Source: an uncultured Bacilli bacterium (GTDB lineage Bacteria > Bacillota_I > Bacilli_A > RF39 > UBA660). From it: a stretch of DNA of 54,295 nt. Position numbers and translations under genes: made by a program. The DNA is taken from NCBI GenBank assembly GCA_947624955.1, contig CANQMM010000003.1, positions 1 through 54,295 of the forward strand, in the 5' to 3' direction. The notes below the pieces were generated by a model. The model did no database searches and was not told the origin of the DNA. It saw only the letters and a program-made list of their open reading frames with translations. Positions 1-9,795 of the stretch are shown here, in pieces (position 1 is the first letter of the stretch; every line of letters begins with the position of its first letter).

Positions 1-18
1 TCCAAATGGAGGCCGCCA
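1..18 (+). tRNA. Possible 3' end of a tRNA (or other stable RNA) cut by the window start
   Basis: Ends in ...GGAGGCC-G-CCA (acceptor strand, G discriminator, CCA) and is followed by a terminator. Only 18 nt are visible, so identity cannot be assigned; a 5S rRNA 3' end is not excluded. Confidence 0.25.
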
Positions 19-43
19 GTATTTGGCCTTATAGGCCTTAGCG

Positions 44-77
44 AAAAACCACGTCTTATAGGCGTGGATTTTTATTT
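44..77 (+). terminator. Intrinsic terminator
   Basis: CCACGTC-ttata-GGCGTGG hairpin (49-67, one G-U) followed by a T-rich tract, with an A-tract upstream. Confidence 0.7.
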
Positions 78-179
78 GTAGCAAAATTTTCCAATGATAA
101 CGCTTATAAAAATTTTTACTATTGCCAGAATGCAAAGCAATTAATTAAATGTTATTAAAATAAATAATATGTTAACTAG

Positions 180-195
180 TATTTCCCGGGAAATA
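180..195. promoter_or_regulatory. Noc-binding site (NBS, nucleoid occlusion)
   Basis: Perfect 16-bp palindrome TATTTCCCGGGAAATA, matching the Bacillus/Staphylococcus NBS consensus. Confidence 0.85.
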
Positions 196-211
196 TGTTT
201 CACGTGGAACA
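196..211. promoter_or_regulatory. parS: parS centromere site (ParB/Spo0J binding)
   Basis: TGTTTCACGTGGAACA; its reverse complement TGTTCCACGTGAAACA is the canonical B. subtilis parS. Origin-proximal gene context. Confidence 0.92.
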
Positions 212-221
212 TAAAAATTAG

Positions 222-250
222 TTGAACTTTATAGTTAAATTTGTTATTAT
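222..250 (+). promoter_or_regulatory. SigA promoter of SRP RNA
   Basis: TTGAAC (222-227), 17-bp spacer, TG-n-TATTAT (245-250), immediately before the RNA. Confidence 0.7.
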
Positions 251-255
251 CTATT

Positions 256-330
256 CGTGCAACAAATATATTGGAACTTGGTCAGGGTCGGAAGACAGCA
301 GCCATAACATTCCCTGTTTGTGTGCACTTT
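256..330 (+). ncRNA. ffs: Signal recognition particle RNA (small 4.5S type)
   Basis: Helix-8 motif GTCAGGGTC-GGAA-GACAGCAGC (281-302); closing stem GTGCA(257-261)/TGCAC(323-327) followed by a U-run; located next to tadA/dnaX as in other Bacillota. Confidence 0.9.
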
Positions 331-350
331 TTTAATGTGAGGTGGATTTT

Positions 351-779
351 ATGAATTGGAAATTTATGGATATAGCAATAGCTGAAGCAATTAAAGGAGC
401 TAAGAAAGATGAAGTACCTATTGGAGCAGTAATTGCAAAAGGCAACAAGATATATACAAAAGGATATAACAATCGAATTAAATCCCATTTAGTAACTGGC
501 CACGCCGAAGCAATAGTTATTAACAAAGCGTGTAAAAAATTAAAGTATTGGAAATTGAATGACTGTGAATTATACGTTACTTTGAAACCTTGTAAGATGT
601 GTATGGAAATAATCAGGGAAGCGGGAATAAAAAAAGTCTATTATTTATTAGATCCTTTAAAAGAAAAGGAAAATAGATATAAGGATGAGGTAAATTATAT
701 TAAAACAGCAAATGAAATTTATGAAAAAAAGTACGAAGAAATATTACAAAAATTTTTTGAAAATAAACGCACAAAATAG
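351..779 (+). CDS. tadA: tRNA adenosine(34) deaminase
   Basis: EVPIGAVI, HAE and TLKPCKMC deaminase motifs. Start moved to ATG 351 after RBS GAGGTGG. Confidence 0.88.
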   Translation: MNWKFMDIAIAEAIKGAKKDEVPIGAVIAKGNKIYTKGYNNRIKSHLVTGHAEAIVINKACKKLKYWKLNDCELYVTLKPCKMCMEIIREAGIKKVYYLLDPLKEKENRYKDEVNYIKTANEIYEKKYEEILQKFFENKRTK

Positions 780-847
780 TGCTTTTTTTATGGGCATTTT
801 TAGGTAATAATGATATAATGTTACTAACAGGTTGAGGTGAAAATCGA

Positions 848-2482
848 ATGAATTATAAAGTGCTTTACAGAAAATACCGACCTAAGGATTTTGATAATTT
901 GATTGGTCAAGATTATACTAAAAAAATGCTTACAAATATCATCGATTCAGGGAAGATTGGACACGCATATATTTTTACGGGCCCTAGAGGAACCGGGAAA
1001 ACTAGCAGTGCGAAGCTGTTTGCTAAAGCAATCAATTGCCTTGACTGTCATAATGGTAATCCTTGTGGAAAGTGTACTAATTGTGAACAGTTTGCTAGTT
1101 CTCCTGACATTATCGAAATTGATGCTGCTTCAAATAATGGTGTAGACGAAATAAGGGAGTTAATTGATAATGTTAAATTAAGCCCTAGTACATTAAAATA
1201 CAAAGTTTATATAATTGATGAAGTTCATATGTTATCTGCGAGCGCTTTTAATGCTTTACTACTAACTTTAGAAGAACCCCCAAGTCACGTTGTATTTATT
1301 TTAGCTACGACGGATATTCAAAAGGTACCAATAACTATATTATCAAGGTGTCAGCGTTTTGATTTTCGACCAATTGATACAAAGCATTTAATAGAGCGCC
1401 TAGAGTACGTTAGTAAAGAGGAAAAAATTAATATAACGCCGGAGGCCTTAGAAGAAATCGCTTTTATTTCGGCGGGTGGAATGCGTGATGCGTTAAGTAT
1501 TTTAGATCAAGTTGCTGCTGATAATGAAAAAGTAGACGTAGATACGGTAATCACTAATTTTGGAACGATTTCAGGGGAAAGAATAAAAAAATTTGTTGAT
1601 GATTTTCTAGAAAATAAGGTTAATGAAGTATTAAAATTTCTCCAGGATGTTAGCGATAAAGGAATATATTATAGCGTTTTTCTAGAAAAATTAATTCTAG
1701 AATTAAGAAATAGAGCGGTTCTTATTAAGTTAAATAAATTAAAGTACGACTTCCAAATTATTTATGATTTGATAATTGAACTTAATAATTGTTTATCTAA
1801 TATAAACATAAATATTAATCCTTATACTTTAATTGAAATGGCTATCTTGAAATATTTACAACCTAGTGGGGAAAATACAGATGCAAAACAGTTTGAAGAA
1901 ATAAAAGAAGAAAAACCAAGTTTACCATCTGAGGAAAAAACGATTGCTAAGCCGGAAAAAGTGGAAAAAAATATTTCCCGGGAAATAAAAGAGGTAAAAG
2001 AAACGAGCAAAAAGGAAAAAGTAAGTGATGAATTTGTTAAAATTCGCGTAAATAATTGTTTTGTTGGAGCTAATAAGGAGGCGAAACAAAAATTTGCTGA
2101 AAAATGGCGCGACTTACTCGATCAACTAGCAGTTACGGATATGTATATGATGTCACTATTAGCTGATTGTGAAGTGGAAGCAGCATCCGAAAATTATGTA
2201 ATTATCAGTTGCAAAGTTGACTCCACAAATGCTTTAATAAATAGTTCAATTAAGGAGATTGAAACATTATTTATGAATTTGTATAATATTGATTGTAGGT
2301 TTGTTGCTTTAACAAAAGACGAATGGCAAAAAGTCAAAGAGGAATATATCGCTAATCTAAAAAACAAGGTTACTTATACATTAATTGATGAAGAATATGA
2401 AGAGGCCTTAAGTGAAGAAAGTGACGAACTAGAAAAGTTAGCAAATGAAATATTTGGGAGTTCGAATATCGAATTTGAATAG
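848..2482 (+). CDS. dnaX: DNA polymerase III subunit gamma/tau
   Basis: LYRKYRP, Walker A GPRGTGKT, Cys zinc cluster, IIDEVHML and SRC motifs. Confidence 0.98.
   Translation: MNYKVLYRKYRPKDFDNLIGQDYTKKMLTNIIDSGKIGHAYIFTGPRGTGKTSSAKLFAKAINCLDCHNGNPCGKCTNCEQFASSPDIIEIDAASNNGVDEIRELIDNVKLSPSTLKYKVYIIDEVHMLSASAFNALLLTLEEPPSHVVFILATTDIQKVPITILSRCQRFDFRPIDTKHLIERLEYVSKEEKINITPEALEEIAFISAGGMRDALSILDQVAADNEKVDVDTVITNFGTISGERIKKFVDDFLENKVNEVLKFLQDVSDKGIYYSVFLEKLILELRNRAVLIKLNKLKYDFQIIYDLIIELNNCLSNINININPYTLIEMAILKYLQPSGENTDAKQFEEIKEEKPSLPSEEKTIAKPEKVEKNISREIKEVKETSKKEKVSDEFVKIRVNNCFVGANKEAKQKFAEKWRDLLDQLAVTDMYMMSLLADCEVEAASENYVIISCKVDSTNALINSSIKEIETLFMNLYNIDCRFVALTKDEWQKVKEEYIANLKNKVTYTLIDEEYEEALSEESDELEKLANEIFGSSNIEFE
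1972..1987. promoter_or_regulatory. Second Noc-binding site, inside dnaX
   Basis: Identical perfect palindrome TATTTCCCGGGAAATA within the low-complexity linker of DnaX (NISREI). Confidence 0.8.
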
Positions 2483-2498
2483 GAAAGAGGAATAATAT

Positions 2499-2798
2499 AT
2501 GAATATGCAAGCAATAATGGCCCAAGCTCAGAAGATGCAACGCGATGTAATGAAAAAGAAAGAAGAAGTTGATAATAAGGAATTTATCGGGAAATCTGAA
2601 TGGGTGGAAGCTGTTGTAATGGGAAATAAAACAGTTAAAGAAATTCGGATTATTAAAGAAGGCACAATAGATGACGAGGACCGTGAAGTTTTACAAGATA
2701 TGTTGGTAATTGCAATTAATGATGCTATGGCACAAATAGATAAAGAAATGGAAAAAGCGATGGGCCCTTATGGGAATGCTTTAAATGGCTTATTCTAA
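2499..2798 (+). CDS. ybaB: YbaB/EbfC family nucleoid-associated protein
   Basis: MxQAQKMQ N-terminus, LQDMLVIAINDA; conserved dnaX-ybaB-recR order. Confidence 0.95.
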   Translation: MNMQAIMAQAQKMQRDVMKKKEEVDNKEFIGKSEWVEAVVMGNKTVKEIRIIKEGTIDDEDREVLQDMLVIAINDAMAQIDKEMEKAMGPYGNALNGLF

Positions 2799-3397
2799 TG
2801 ATATATCCAAGTAATTTAGCAGATTTAATTGATAGTTTTCGAAAATTACCAGGAATTGGAGAAAAAACCGCGGAGAGGCTTGCTTTATCGATTGTCGATT
2901 TTAAGCAGGATGATGTGGAATTTTTTGCCAATAGTTTAGTTAGTTGCCGAAACAAATTACATCGATGTGCAGTTTGTGGACATATAACGGACAAAGAAAT
3001 ATGTGATATTTGTAGTGATGAGCAACGCGATGGTAAAACTATTTGCGTTTTAGAAGATTATAAAAGTGTCTTCGCTTTTGAAAAAGCGGGAAATTATCGC
3101 GGAAAGTATCACGTATTAAACGGCCTTATTTCCCCGATTGATGGAATAAATCCGGAAGATATCAACATTTCTTCGTTGTTTAAGAGAATTGAGAATGAAA
3201 AAGACGTCGAGTTAATTATTGCCCTTAAATCAACGGTGGAAGGAGAAGCAACGTCTCTATATCTTCAAAAAGTCTTGGAAGGTCGTGGGGTAAAAATTTC
3301 CCGTTTATCTTATGGTATTTCAATGGGAACGGAAATCGATTATCTTGATGAGATGACTTTGGATAGGGCTTTGGAAGATAGAAAAGTAATATCATAA
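2798..3397 (+). CDS. recR: Recombination mediator RecR
   Basis: HhH motif LPGIGEKTAERLA, C4 zinc finger, Toprim YHVLNGLISP and EGEAT. Confidence 0.97.
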   Translation: MIYPSNLADLIDSFRKLPGIGEKTAERLALSIVDFKQDDVEFFANSLVSCRNKLHRCAVCGHITDKEICDICSDEQRDGKTICVLEDYKSVFAFEKAGNYRGKYHVLNGLISPIDGINPEDINISSLFKRIENEKDVELIIALKSTVEGEATSLYLQKVLEGRGVKISRLSYGISMGTEIDYLDEMTLDRALEDRKVIS

Positions 3398-3419
3398 GTC
3401 CGAAAGTTTTTCATAAAAT
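3392..3419 (+). promoter_or_regulatory. SigE-type sporulation promoter
   Basis: TCATAAG, 13-bp spacer, CATAAAAT upstream of bofA, which is SigE-dependent in B. subtilis. Confidence 0.55.
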
Positions 3420-3434
3420 TTATTGAGGGATTTT

Positions 3435-3617
3435 ATGAAAAAAATATTTAATGTAGTTAAAAAAGTATGTATTGCAATATTTTTACTTTATGGTCTTAAT
3501 GTATTAATTTCAGCATTAGATATTATGATTCCAATTAATATAGTTACGGTGGCTACAGTGACGTTGCTTGGTATTCCGGGGCTTTTATCTTTAATAGTTA
3601 TGGTATTTCTATTATAG
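3435..3617 (+). CDS. bofA: Pro-sigmaK processing inhibitor BofA family protein
   Basis: Small hydrophobic protein with LYGLN...IPINIVT...LLGIPG signature, located after recR. Start at ATG 3435 after GAGG. Confidence 0.85.
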   Translation: MKKIFNVVKKVCIAIFLLYGLNVLISALDIMIPINIVTVATVTLLGIPGLLSLIVMVFLL

Positions 3618-3628
3618 TAGGTGGTTTT

Positions 3629-4477
3629 ATGGTAGTAGCAGAGGAAATAGGAAAAATATATAAGCGTTATCATGAGGACAAGCTCGCTCATGCTTTTTTG
3701 CTTGAAACTAATGATGTTAATAAGTGCTATAAAGACGTACTAGAACTAGTCAAAATGCTAAATTGTCCTTATGAATATAATGATAGCTGTAATCGAGAAT
3801 GTAATTTATGTACTTTGGTTGATACTTTAAATCTACCTAGTTTAATTGTAGTTAATCCGGAAGGGATGAGTATTAATAAAGACCAAATTTTAGCTTTACA
3901 AGAGAGATTTTCTACTAAACCGGTATATGCCAAATTTAATATATATATTATAAATGATTGTGACCGTTTAAATGCTTCTTCAGCAAATACAATGTTAAAA
4001 TTTTTAGAAGAACCAACAGATGATATACTAGGTTTTTTTATAACTAAAAACAAAGAAAATGTGATTAGTACTGTAAAAAGTCGTTGTCAAATAATGCGGG
4101 TTATGTATAATCAAGATGAAAACCAAGATGATAAATACACTGAACTTTGTAATTATCTCAATGATGTCTATAAATGCGATTATGATACAATGTATATTAA
4201 CCGCAAAGATTTTGTTGAAACAATGGGTGAGCGAAAAGGACTAGAAGAAGCTTTTGGATGGATGATCCAAGAATTTGTAAATTATAATTTTGATTTGCTT
4301 GGCGAACCGAGAAATAGTAAAATAGTTAAAGAGAGCTTTAGTAAAAAGCTAAATGTGAAGAATATTGGAAAAGGAATCGATATTTTAAAAAAAATTTTGC
4401 TTATGTTAAGAAATAATGGTAATATTGATTTAATTTTAGATATGTTCTACTTTGAAATGAGGGATTTAGATGTATAA
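3629..4477 (+). CDS. holB: DNA polymerase III subunit delta'
   Basis: HAFLL, Cys cluster, SANTMLKFLEEP and TVKSRCQ; lies upstream of ricT. Confidence 0.9.
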   Translation: MVVAEEIGKIYKRYHEDKLAHAFLLETNDVNKCYKDVLELVKMLNCPYEYNDSCNRECNLCTLVDTLNLPSLIVVNPEGMSINKDQILALQERFSTKPVYAKFNIYIINDCDRLNASSANTMLKFLEEPTDDILGFFITKNKENVISTVKSRCQIMRVMYNQDENQDDKYTELCNYLNDVYKCDYDTMYINRKDFVETMGERKGLEEAFGWMIQEFVNYNFDLLGEPRNSKIVKESFSKKLNVKNIGKGIDILKKILLMLRNNGNIDLILDMFYFEMRDLDV

Positions 4478-5246
4478 ATACTATGGTGTTTCGTTTAAAA
4501 GTGATGGAAAAATATATATCTTTAAGTTTGAAGAAGATTTAGATAAGGGAACTAATGTCATCGTCGAAACAGAAAAAGGGTTACAGTTTGGGAAAATTAA
4601 TATCTTAATTGATGAAGAAGACTTAAAGTTAAGTATCGAAAACATCAAGAATATCGTAAGGGTTGCGACGGAAAAAGATGAGGCAATACAAGCGAAGAAT
4701 ATGAAAGATAGTAAAAATGCTCTTGCGAAAGCGGTGGATTTTGCTAAAGAATTAGAATTAGATATGCATTTCATCGATGCTAGTTATACTTTTGATAGAA
4801 AACAATTACTTTTTAACTTTATAGCAGATGACCGAGTAGATTTTAGAGAACTTGCTAAACGCTTAGCGGGTGTTTATCGAACAAGAATCGAGTTACGGCA
4901 AATCGGGGCGCGTGATAAAGCACGGGAAGTCGGCGGTATTGGTGCTTGTGGCCGAAAATTATGCTGTTCTTCATTTTTAAATCATATCGACGTGGTAAGT
5001 ATGAGTATGGCTAAAAATCAGAATATCGCGTTAAATCCTTCAAAGATAAATGGCTGTTGTGGAAGATTACTTTGTTGTTTGGCTTATGAAGATGAAGAAT
5101 ATATTCGGTGTAGTAAAGGTTTACCAAGTGTTGGACAGAAAGTGAATACAGAATTTGGGAATGGGCAAGTAGTTAGTGTCGATATCTTAAGCAGAAAATA
5201 TATTGTCGATATCAATGGTGAAAAGAAAGAAGTTGTATTAAATTAA
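4470..5246 (+). CDS. ricT: RicT/YaaT (PSP1 domain) Fe-S regulatory subunit
   Basis: RVDFRELAK, RIELRQIGARD, CGRKLCC, MAKNQ and GCCGRLLCCL motifs; GTG start. Confidence 0.95.
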   Translation: MYKYYGVSFKSDGKIYIFKFEEDLDKGTNVIVETEKGLQFGKINILIDEEDLKLSIENIKNIVRVATEKDEAIQAKNMKDSKNALAKAVDFAKELELDMHFIDASYTFDRKQLLFNFIADDRVDFRELAKRLAGVYRTRIELRQIGARDKAREVGGIGACGRKLCCSSFLNHIDVVSMSMAKNQNIALNPSKINGCCGRLLCCLAYEDEEYIRCSKGLPSVGQKVNTEFGNGQVVSVDILSRKYIVDINGEKKEVVLN

Positions 5247-5247
5247 A

Positions 5248-5985
5248 GTGGCAAATGTAAAGAATGATTTATTCGATTATGGTTTACAAATTTATCAATA
5301 TGAAGATAGCTTTAAATTTAGTTTAGATTCAATTTTACTAGCGGAATTTGTAGATTTGAAACCTTCGATTAAGACAATTGTGGACTTTTGTACGGGAAAT
5401 GCTCCGGTACCGTTAATTTTATCGACGAAAACCAAAGCCAAAATTTATGGTTTTGAGATTCAAAATAATATTTACGACTTAGCTAAAATGTCTGTAGCGG
5501 CGAATAATTTAACTGATCAGATTGAAATATATAATGCGGATTTAAAAGAAGCCTTAGAATATACGCTACCGGAAAGCATCGATGTCGTAACTTGCAATCC
5601 ACCATATTTTAAAGTCAATAAAGATGCAATGATTAATGAAAACGAAGAGAAAGCCATTGCTCGGCATGAAATTAAAGCAACTTTAGAAGATATAGTTATT
5701 ACTTCAAAATATGTATTAAAAAATAAAGGAGCTTTATATTTTGTCCACCGGCCGGAACGTTTAGAGGAATTAATTCAGTTATTGAGTAAATATAATTTTA
5801 GAATAAAAAAATTACAGTTTATCTATGCAGGATTTAATAAGGAAGCTATAATGATATTAGTTAAAGCAGTAAAAAACGGCCTTTATGGAATGAAAATTGG
5901 TAGACCGATAGATGTCTTACAATATAAAAGCTATAAAGGAATTTTTGAGGGTGATGTTAATGAAACTAATCGTGGGATTGGGTAA
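5248..5985 (+). CDS. yabB: tRNA1(Val) adenine(37)-N6 methyltransferase family
   Basis: FSLDSILL, DFCTGNA SAM motif, CNPPYF, IARHE and VHRPERL. Confidence 0.9.
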   Translation: MANVKNDLFDYGLQIYQYEDSFKFSLDSILLAEFVDLKPSIKTIVDFCTGNAPVPLILSTKTKAKIYGFEIQNNIYDLAKMSVAANNLTDQIEIYNADLKEALEYTLPESIDVVTCNPPYFKVNKDAMINENEEKAIARHEIKATLEDIVITSKYVLKNKGALYFVHRPERLEELIQLLSKYNFRIKKLQFIYAGFNKEAIMILVKAVKNGLYGMKIGRPIDVLQYKSYKGIFEGDVNETNRGIG

Positions 5986-6511
5986 TCCCGGTAAAGAATA
6001 CGAAAACACGAGGCATAATATTGGTTTTATGACTTTAGATAGCTATTTACCGGATGTTAAATGGAGTGAAAAATTTAAAGCTTTATATTATGAAAAAGTA
6101 ATTAATAATGAAAAAGTTTTATTTATTAAACCTTTGACTTATATGAATTTATCGGGAGATGCGGTTTATAAATATGTCGATTATTATGATATAGCAATCC
6201 AAGATATATTAGTAATCCAAGATGATATGGATTTAGAGGTTGGCAGTTATAAATTAAAGAAAAATAGTAGTTCCGGTGGTCATAACGGAATTAAATCAAT
6301 TATTGCTGCCTTGGGTAGTGAAGAGTTTGCTAGATTAAAGATTGGGATAGCACACAATAAAAGTATGGATACCAAAGATTATGTATTAGGTAGATTTAAA
6401 GAAGAGGAAAGGGAGATTATCAATAATAATTTGCCAACATTTAATAAAATAATCGATTCTTTTATTAGTGATGGTATAGAAAAGACAATGAATATTTATA
6501 ATACTAAATAG
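5960..6511 (+). CDS. pth: Peptidyl-tRNA hydrolase
   Basis: MKLIVGLGNPG, TRHNIGF, KPLTYMNLSG and GGHNGIKS. Start moved to ATG 5960. Confidence 0.97.
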   Translation: MKLIVGLGNPGKEYENTRHNIGFMTLDSYLPDVKWSEKFKALYYEKVINNEKVLFIKPLTYMNLSGDAVYKYVDYYDIAIQDILVIQDDMDLEVGSYKLKKNSSSGGHNGIKSIIAALGSEEFARLKIGIAHNKSMDTKDYVLGRFKEEEREIINNNLPTFNKIIDSFISDGIEKTMNIYNTK

Positions 6512-6519
6512 AGGCATAT

Positions 6520-9500
6520 ATGAAATTTTTAGAAGGATTAATTGAGGCAGTAGATGGTGATATAATTAGCGGTTTAACTAAAGAGTTAAACGTTTTTTGC
6601 GTATTAGATTACTTTAATAAAAATGAAAAAAATGTAATTGTTTTAACTAGTAGTTTATATGAAGCCAATATGTATTATGATGCCTTATGTACTTATACTG
6701 ACAAAGTTTCCTTATTTCCAATGGATGATTTCTTGACTTCAGTTGCCATAGCTGTTTCACCGGATTTAAAGGTTAAAAGATTAGAGACTTTAGAAGAGAT
6801 AAGTCACGGCAAACGAATTGTAGTAACTAATTTAATGGGCTATTTAAGATATTTACCTAATAAAAATTATGCCGGTAAGTTAGCTTTTAAGTTAAAAAAG
6901 GGTGATGCTCTAAAAAGAGAGAATTTTTTAAATGCTTTAGAGCAATTTGGTTACACTAAGACATCTATTGTCTCTTCGACAGGGGAGTATGCTGTTCGCG
7001 GTTTTGTGGTCGATATATTTTTGATTGGTGAAGAACACCCAATTAGAATTGAATTTTTTGGTGACGTGATTGACGATATTCGTTATTTCGATGAAAACAC
7101 GCAGTTATCAGTTGGAGAAATTTCGGAAATTGAATGCAAGCCATATCGGGAGATTGAAACGGATACTAAGAGTTCTTTAGTTGACTATCTGCAAAATCCA
7201 ATGGTATTTAAAATTAACGCAACGCAGATAGAAGCATCTTATGAAAAATTAGTTAATGATATACTAGATTATAAAGCTAGTGTTGGTGATGATGCTAGCA
7301 AGCAGTATATGTTCGATATGGAAGAAATTACTAGTACCGCAACTGTTTGTTTAAATAATTTTAAGAGTAAAGATGATACTAAAGCTTTTAGCGCGCGAGA
7401 AATACTCAATTTTGATAGCGATTTTGAAAGATTAAGTGATTATTTAAAAGATGGGATTAATAAAGGTAAAACCGCTATTATTTGTTTAAGTAGTAAACAA
7501 CAAATTGATAATATGACCGCCTTTATAAAAGAAGCAGTACTGACTAATGAAAGAAGCATCTTACCTAATAAAATAAATGTTATTAATAAGAAGATTAATA
7601 TGGGTTTTGAATTTGCTAATCTCATTGTTATTGGTGAGAAAGATTTAGATAAGAGTAAACATTCGATAATCAACTATAAGAACTCTTTAAAGATAGGGAA
7701 AAAGATAAAGGATTTTTCTCAATTAGTGCCGGGGGATTATGTTGTACATACTTTACACGGTATTGGTGTTTATAATGGTGTTATAACGCTAACGAAAAAT
7801 GGCTTAAAAAAAGATTATATTCAAATTAATTATCAAGGAAATGATAAAGTTTATATTCCGGTAGAGAAGATTAGTACGATATACAAGTATTCTAGTAGAG
7901 ATGGTAGTGCACCGCACATTAATAAATTAAATAGTACAAGTTGGGCTAAGACCAAAAGAGAGCTAAGGAAGAAGATTAACGATATTAGCAAAGAGTTAAT
8001 CGAGTTATATGCTGCGCGAGCTAAAGTTAAGGGGGAAGCTTATAAGTCTTTCGAATTAGAGGATATATTTGCTAGTAAATTCCCATATGAAGAAACTAAA
8101 GATCAAACGAAGGCAATTAGAGAAATCGATAAGGATTTATTAAGTAGTATCCCAATGGATCGTTTATTGTGTGGGGATGTTGGCTTTGGTAAAACGGAGG
8201 TGGCTTTTAGAGCAATATTTAAGGCAGTGGCTAATAATAAGCAAGTATTTTATCTATGTCCAACAACAATTCTTTCTAAGCAACAATATACGAGTGCTAT
8301 AGAAAGATTTAAGGATTTTCCGGTGGAGATTGCTTTATTGAATAGATTTACTACGAAGAAAGAGACGGAAAGAATTTTAGCAGGATTAGAAAACGGTACA
8401 ATCGATATTGTCTTTGGTACACATCGCTTACTTAGTGATGACGTTAAATTTAAAAAGCTAGGTTTATTAATTGTCGATGAGGAACAAAGATTTGGGGTTA
8501 CTCATAAAGAGAAGATCAAGAAATATAAAAATGATGTTAACGTTTTAACTTTGTCAGCAACGCCAATACCAAGGACTTTAAAGATGGCTTTGAGTGGTTT
8601 AAGAGACCTATCAATTATCGATACGCCACCTGTTAATAGATATCCGGTTCAAACCTATGTAATGGCGGAGAATGATGCTTTAATCAAGGATGCTATTTAT
8701 AAAGAAATGGCTAGAAAAGGGCAGGTATTCGTCTTATACAATAAAGTCGAATCAATCGAGCAGATGGTTAATCATTTACAAGAGTTAGTACCAGAAGCAC
8801 GAATTACCTATGCGCACGGGCAGATGAATAAGACAGAGCTAGAGGATGTCATGCAGGCGTTTATCGATTACGAGTTTGATATATTGGTATGTACGACGAT
8901 TATTGAAACGGGAATCGATATTCCAAATGCTAATACTCTAATAATTTTTGATGCCGATCATTTTGGTTTAAGTCAGTTATATCAAATTCGCGGCCGAGTT
9001 GGTCGAAGTAATCGGATAGCTTATGCTTATTTATTCTATAATAAATCAAAAATGCTCAATGATGTGGCCGTTAAGCGACTAGAAGCAATCAAAGAATTTA
9101 CGGAATTAGGTAGCGGTTATCGCATTGCGATGCGAGATTTATCAATTAGAGGGGCCGGCGATATTCTAGGTAGTGAACAAGCAGGATTTGTCGACTCAGT
9201 GGGAATTGAATTATATATGAAGATGGTCGATGAAGAAATTAGAAGATTAAATGGTGAAGAGGTACCGGAAGAGGATGAAAGTTCAACTAATTTAATCGAT
9301 GTTGAAACCCATATTTCCGATGCTTATGTAAGTGATGAGGATTTAAAGATTGAAATTCATAAAAAGATTAATGAAATCGATAGTTACGATAAGTTAAATG
9401 AGGTAAAAGCCGAGATAGAAGATAGATTTGGTAAATTACCACAAAATATTCTTATTTATATGTTAGAAGAATGGTTTGAAAAACTAGCTTTAAAACTTGG

Positions 9501-9783
9501 AATATCGCGAATTAATCAATCTCCAAGAAATGTGGAAATTGAAATTCCTGAAGAAATCAGTAATAAGTTAAAAGGCGATAAGTTATTAATGAAAGCTTTG
9601 AATATTAATCCGAAGTTCAATTTAAGATACCAATTTAAGAGAGTTTATATATCTTTAAATACAGTTAATTTGGAAAAGCATTTCTTGTATTATTTAATCG
9701 AACTTTTGGAAGAGGTTAAGAGTGAGGTAGATGATGCCGATGAGTTTACAACAAATGAACTTGCAAATGACAGCAATATATGA
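6520..9783 (+). CDS. mfd: Transcription-repair coupling factor
   Basis: UvrB-like N-terminus, CarD/RID GDYVVH, GDVGFGKTE, DEEQRFGV, QIRGRVGRS, TRG motif DLSIRGAG. Confidence 0.98.
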   Translation: MKFLEGLIEAVDGDIISGLTKELNVFCVLDYFNKNEKNVIVLTSSLYEANMYYDALCTYTDKVSLFPMDDFLTSVAIAVSPDLKVKRLETLEEISHGKRIVVTNLMGYLRYLPNKNYAGKLAFKLKKGDALKRENFLNALEQFGYTKTSIVSSTGEYAVRGFVVDIFLIGEEHPIRIEFFGDVIDDIRYFDENTQLSVGEISEIECKPYREIETDTKSSLVDYLQNPMVFKINATQIEASYEKLVNDILDYKASVGDDASKQYMFDMEEITSTATVCLNNFKSKDDTKAFSAREILNFDSDFERLSDYLKDGINKGKTAIICLSSKQQIDNMTAFIKEAVLTNERSILPNKINVINKKINMGFEFANLIVIGEKDLDKSKHSIINYKNSLKIGKKIKDFSQLVPGDYVVHTLHGIGVYNGVITLTKNGLKKDYIQINYQGNDKVYIPVEKISTIYKYSSRDGSAPHINKLNSTSWAKTKRELRKKINDISKELIELYAARAKVKGEAYKSFELEDIFASKFPYEETKDQTKAIREIDKDLLSSIPMDRLLCGDVGFGKTEVAFRAIFKAVANNKQVFYLCPTTILSKQQYTSAIERFKDFPVEIALLNRFTTKKETERILAGLENGTIDIVFGTHRLLSDDVKFKKLGLLIVDEEQRFGVTHKEKIKKYKNDVNVLTLSATPIPRTLKMALSGLRDLSIIDTPPVNRYPVQTYVMAENDALIKDAIYKEMARKGQVFVLYNKVESIEQMVNHLQELVPEARITYAHGQMNKTELEDVMQAFIDYEFDILVCTTIIETGIDIPNANTLIIFDADHFGLSQLYQIRGRVGRSNRIAYAYLFYNKSKMLNDVAVKRLEAIKEFTELGSGYRIAMRDLSIRGAGDILGSEQAGFVDSVGIELYMKMVDEEIRRLNGEEVPEEDESSTNLIDVETHISDAYVSDEDLKIEIHKKINEIDSYDKLNEVKAEIEDRFGKLPQNILIYMLEEWFEKLALKLGISRINQSPRNVEIEIPEEISNKLKGDKLLMKALNINPKFNLRYQFKRVYISLNTVNLEKHFLYYLIELLEEVKSEVDDADEFTTNELANDSNI

Positions 9784-9789
9784 TATATT
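9761..9789 (+). promoter_or_regulatory. SigA promoter of putative antitoxin sRNA
   Basis: TTGCAA (9761-9766), 17-bp spacer, TG-a-TATATT (9784-9789); no ORF downstream on this strand. Confidence 0.6.
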
Positions 9790-9795
9790 GAATAT

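Noticed and set aside
25-67. Two hairpins sharing CTTATAGG, considered as a mini CRISPR or REP repeat
   Set aside because: Only two short copies with no spacer structure; explained as a trailer and terminator of the upstream RNA.
282-526. Minus-strand ORFs 282..488 and 332..526
   Set aside because: Antisense shadows of the SRP RNA and tadA, with no RBS or recognisable motifs.
3629-3720. HolB lacking a Walker A motif
   Set aside because: Delta' is normally a non-catalytic clamp-loader subunit, so degeneration is expected.
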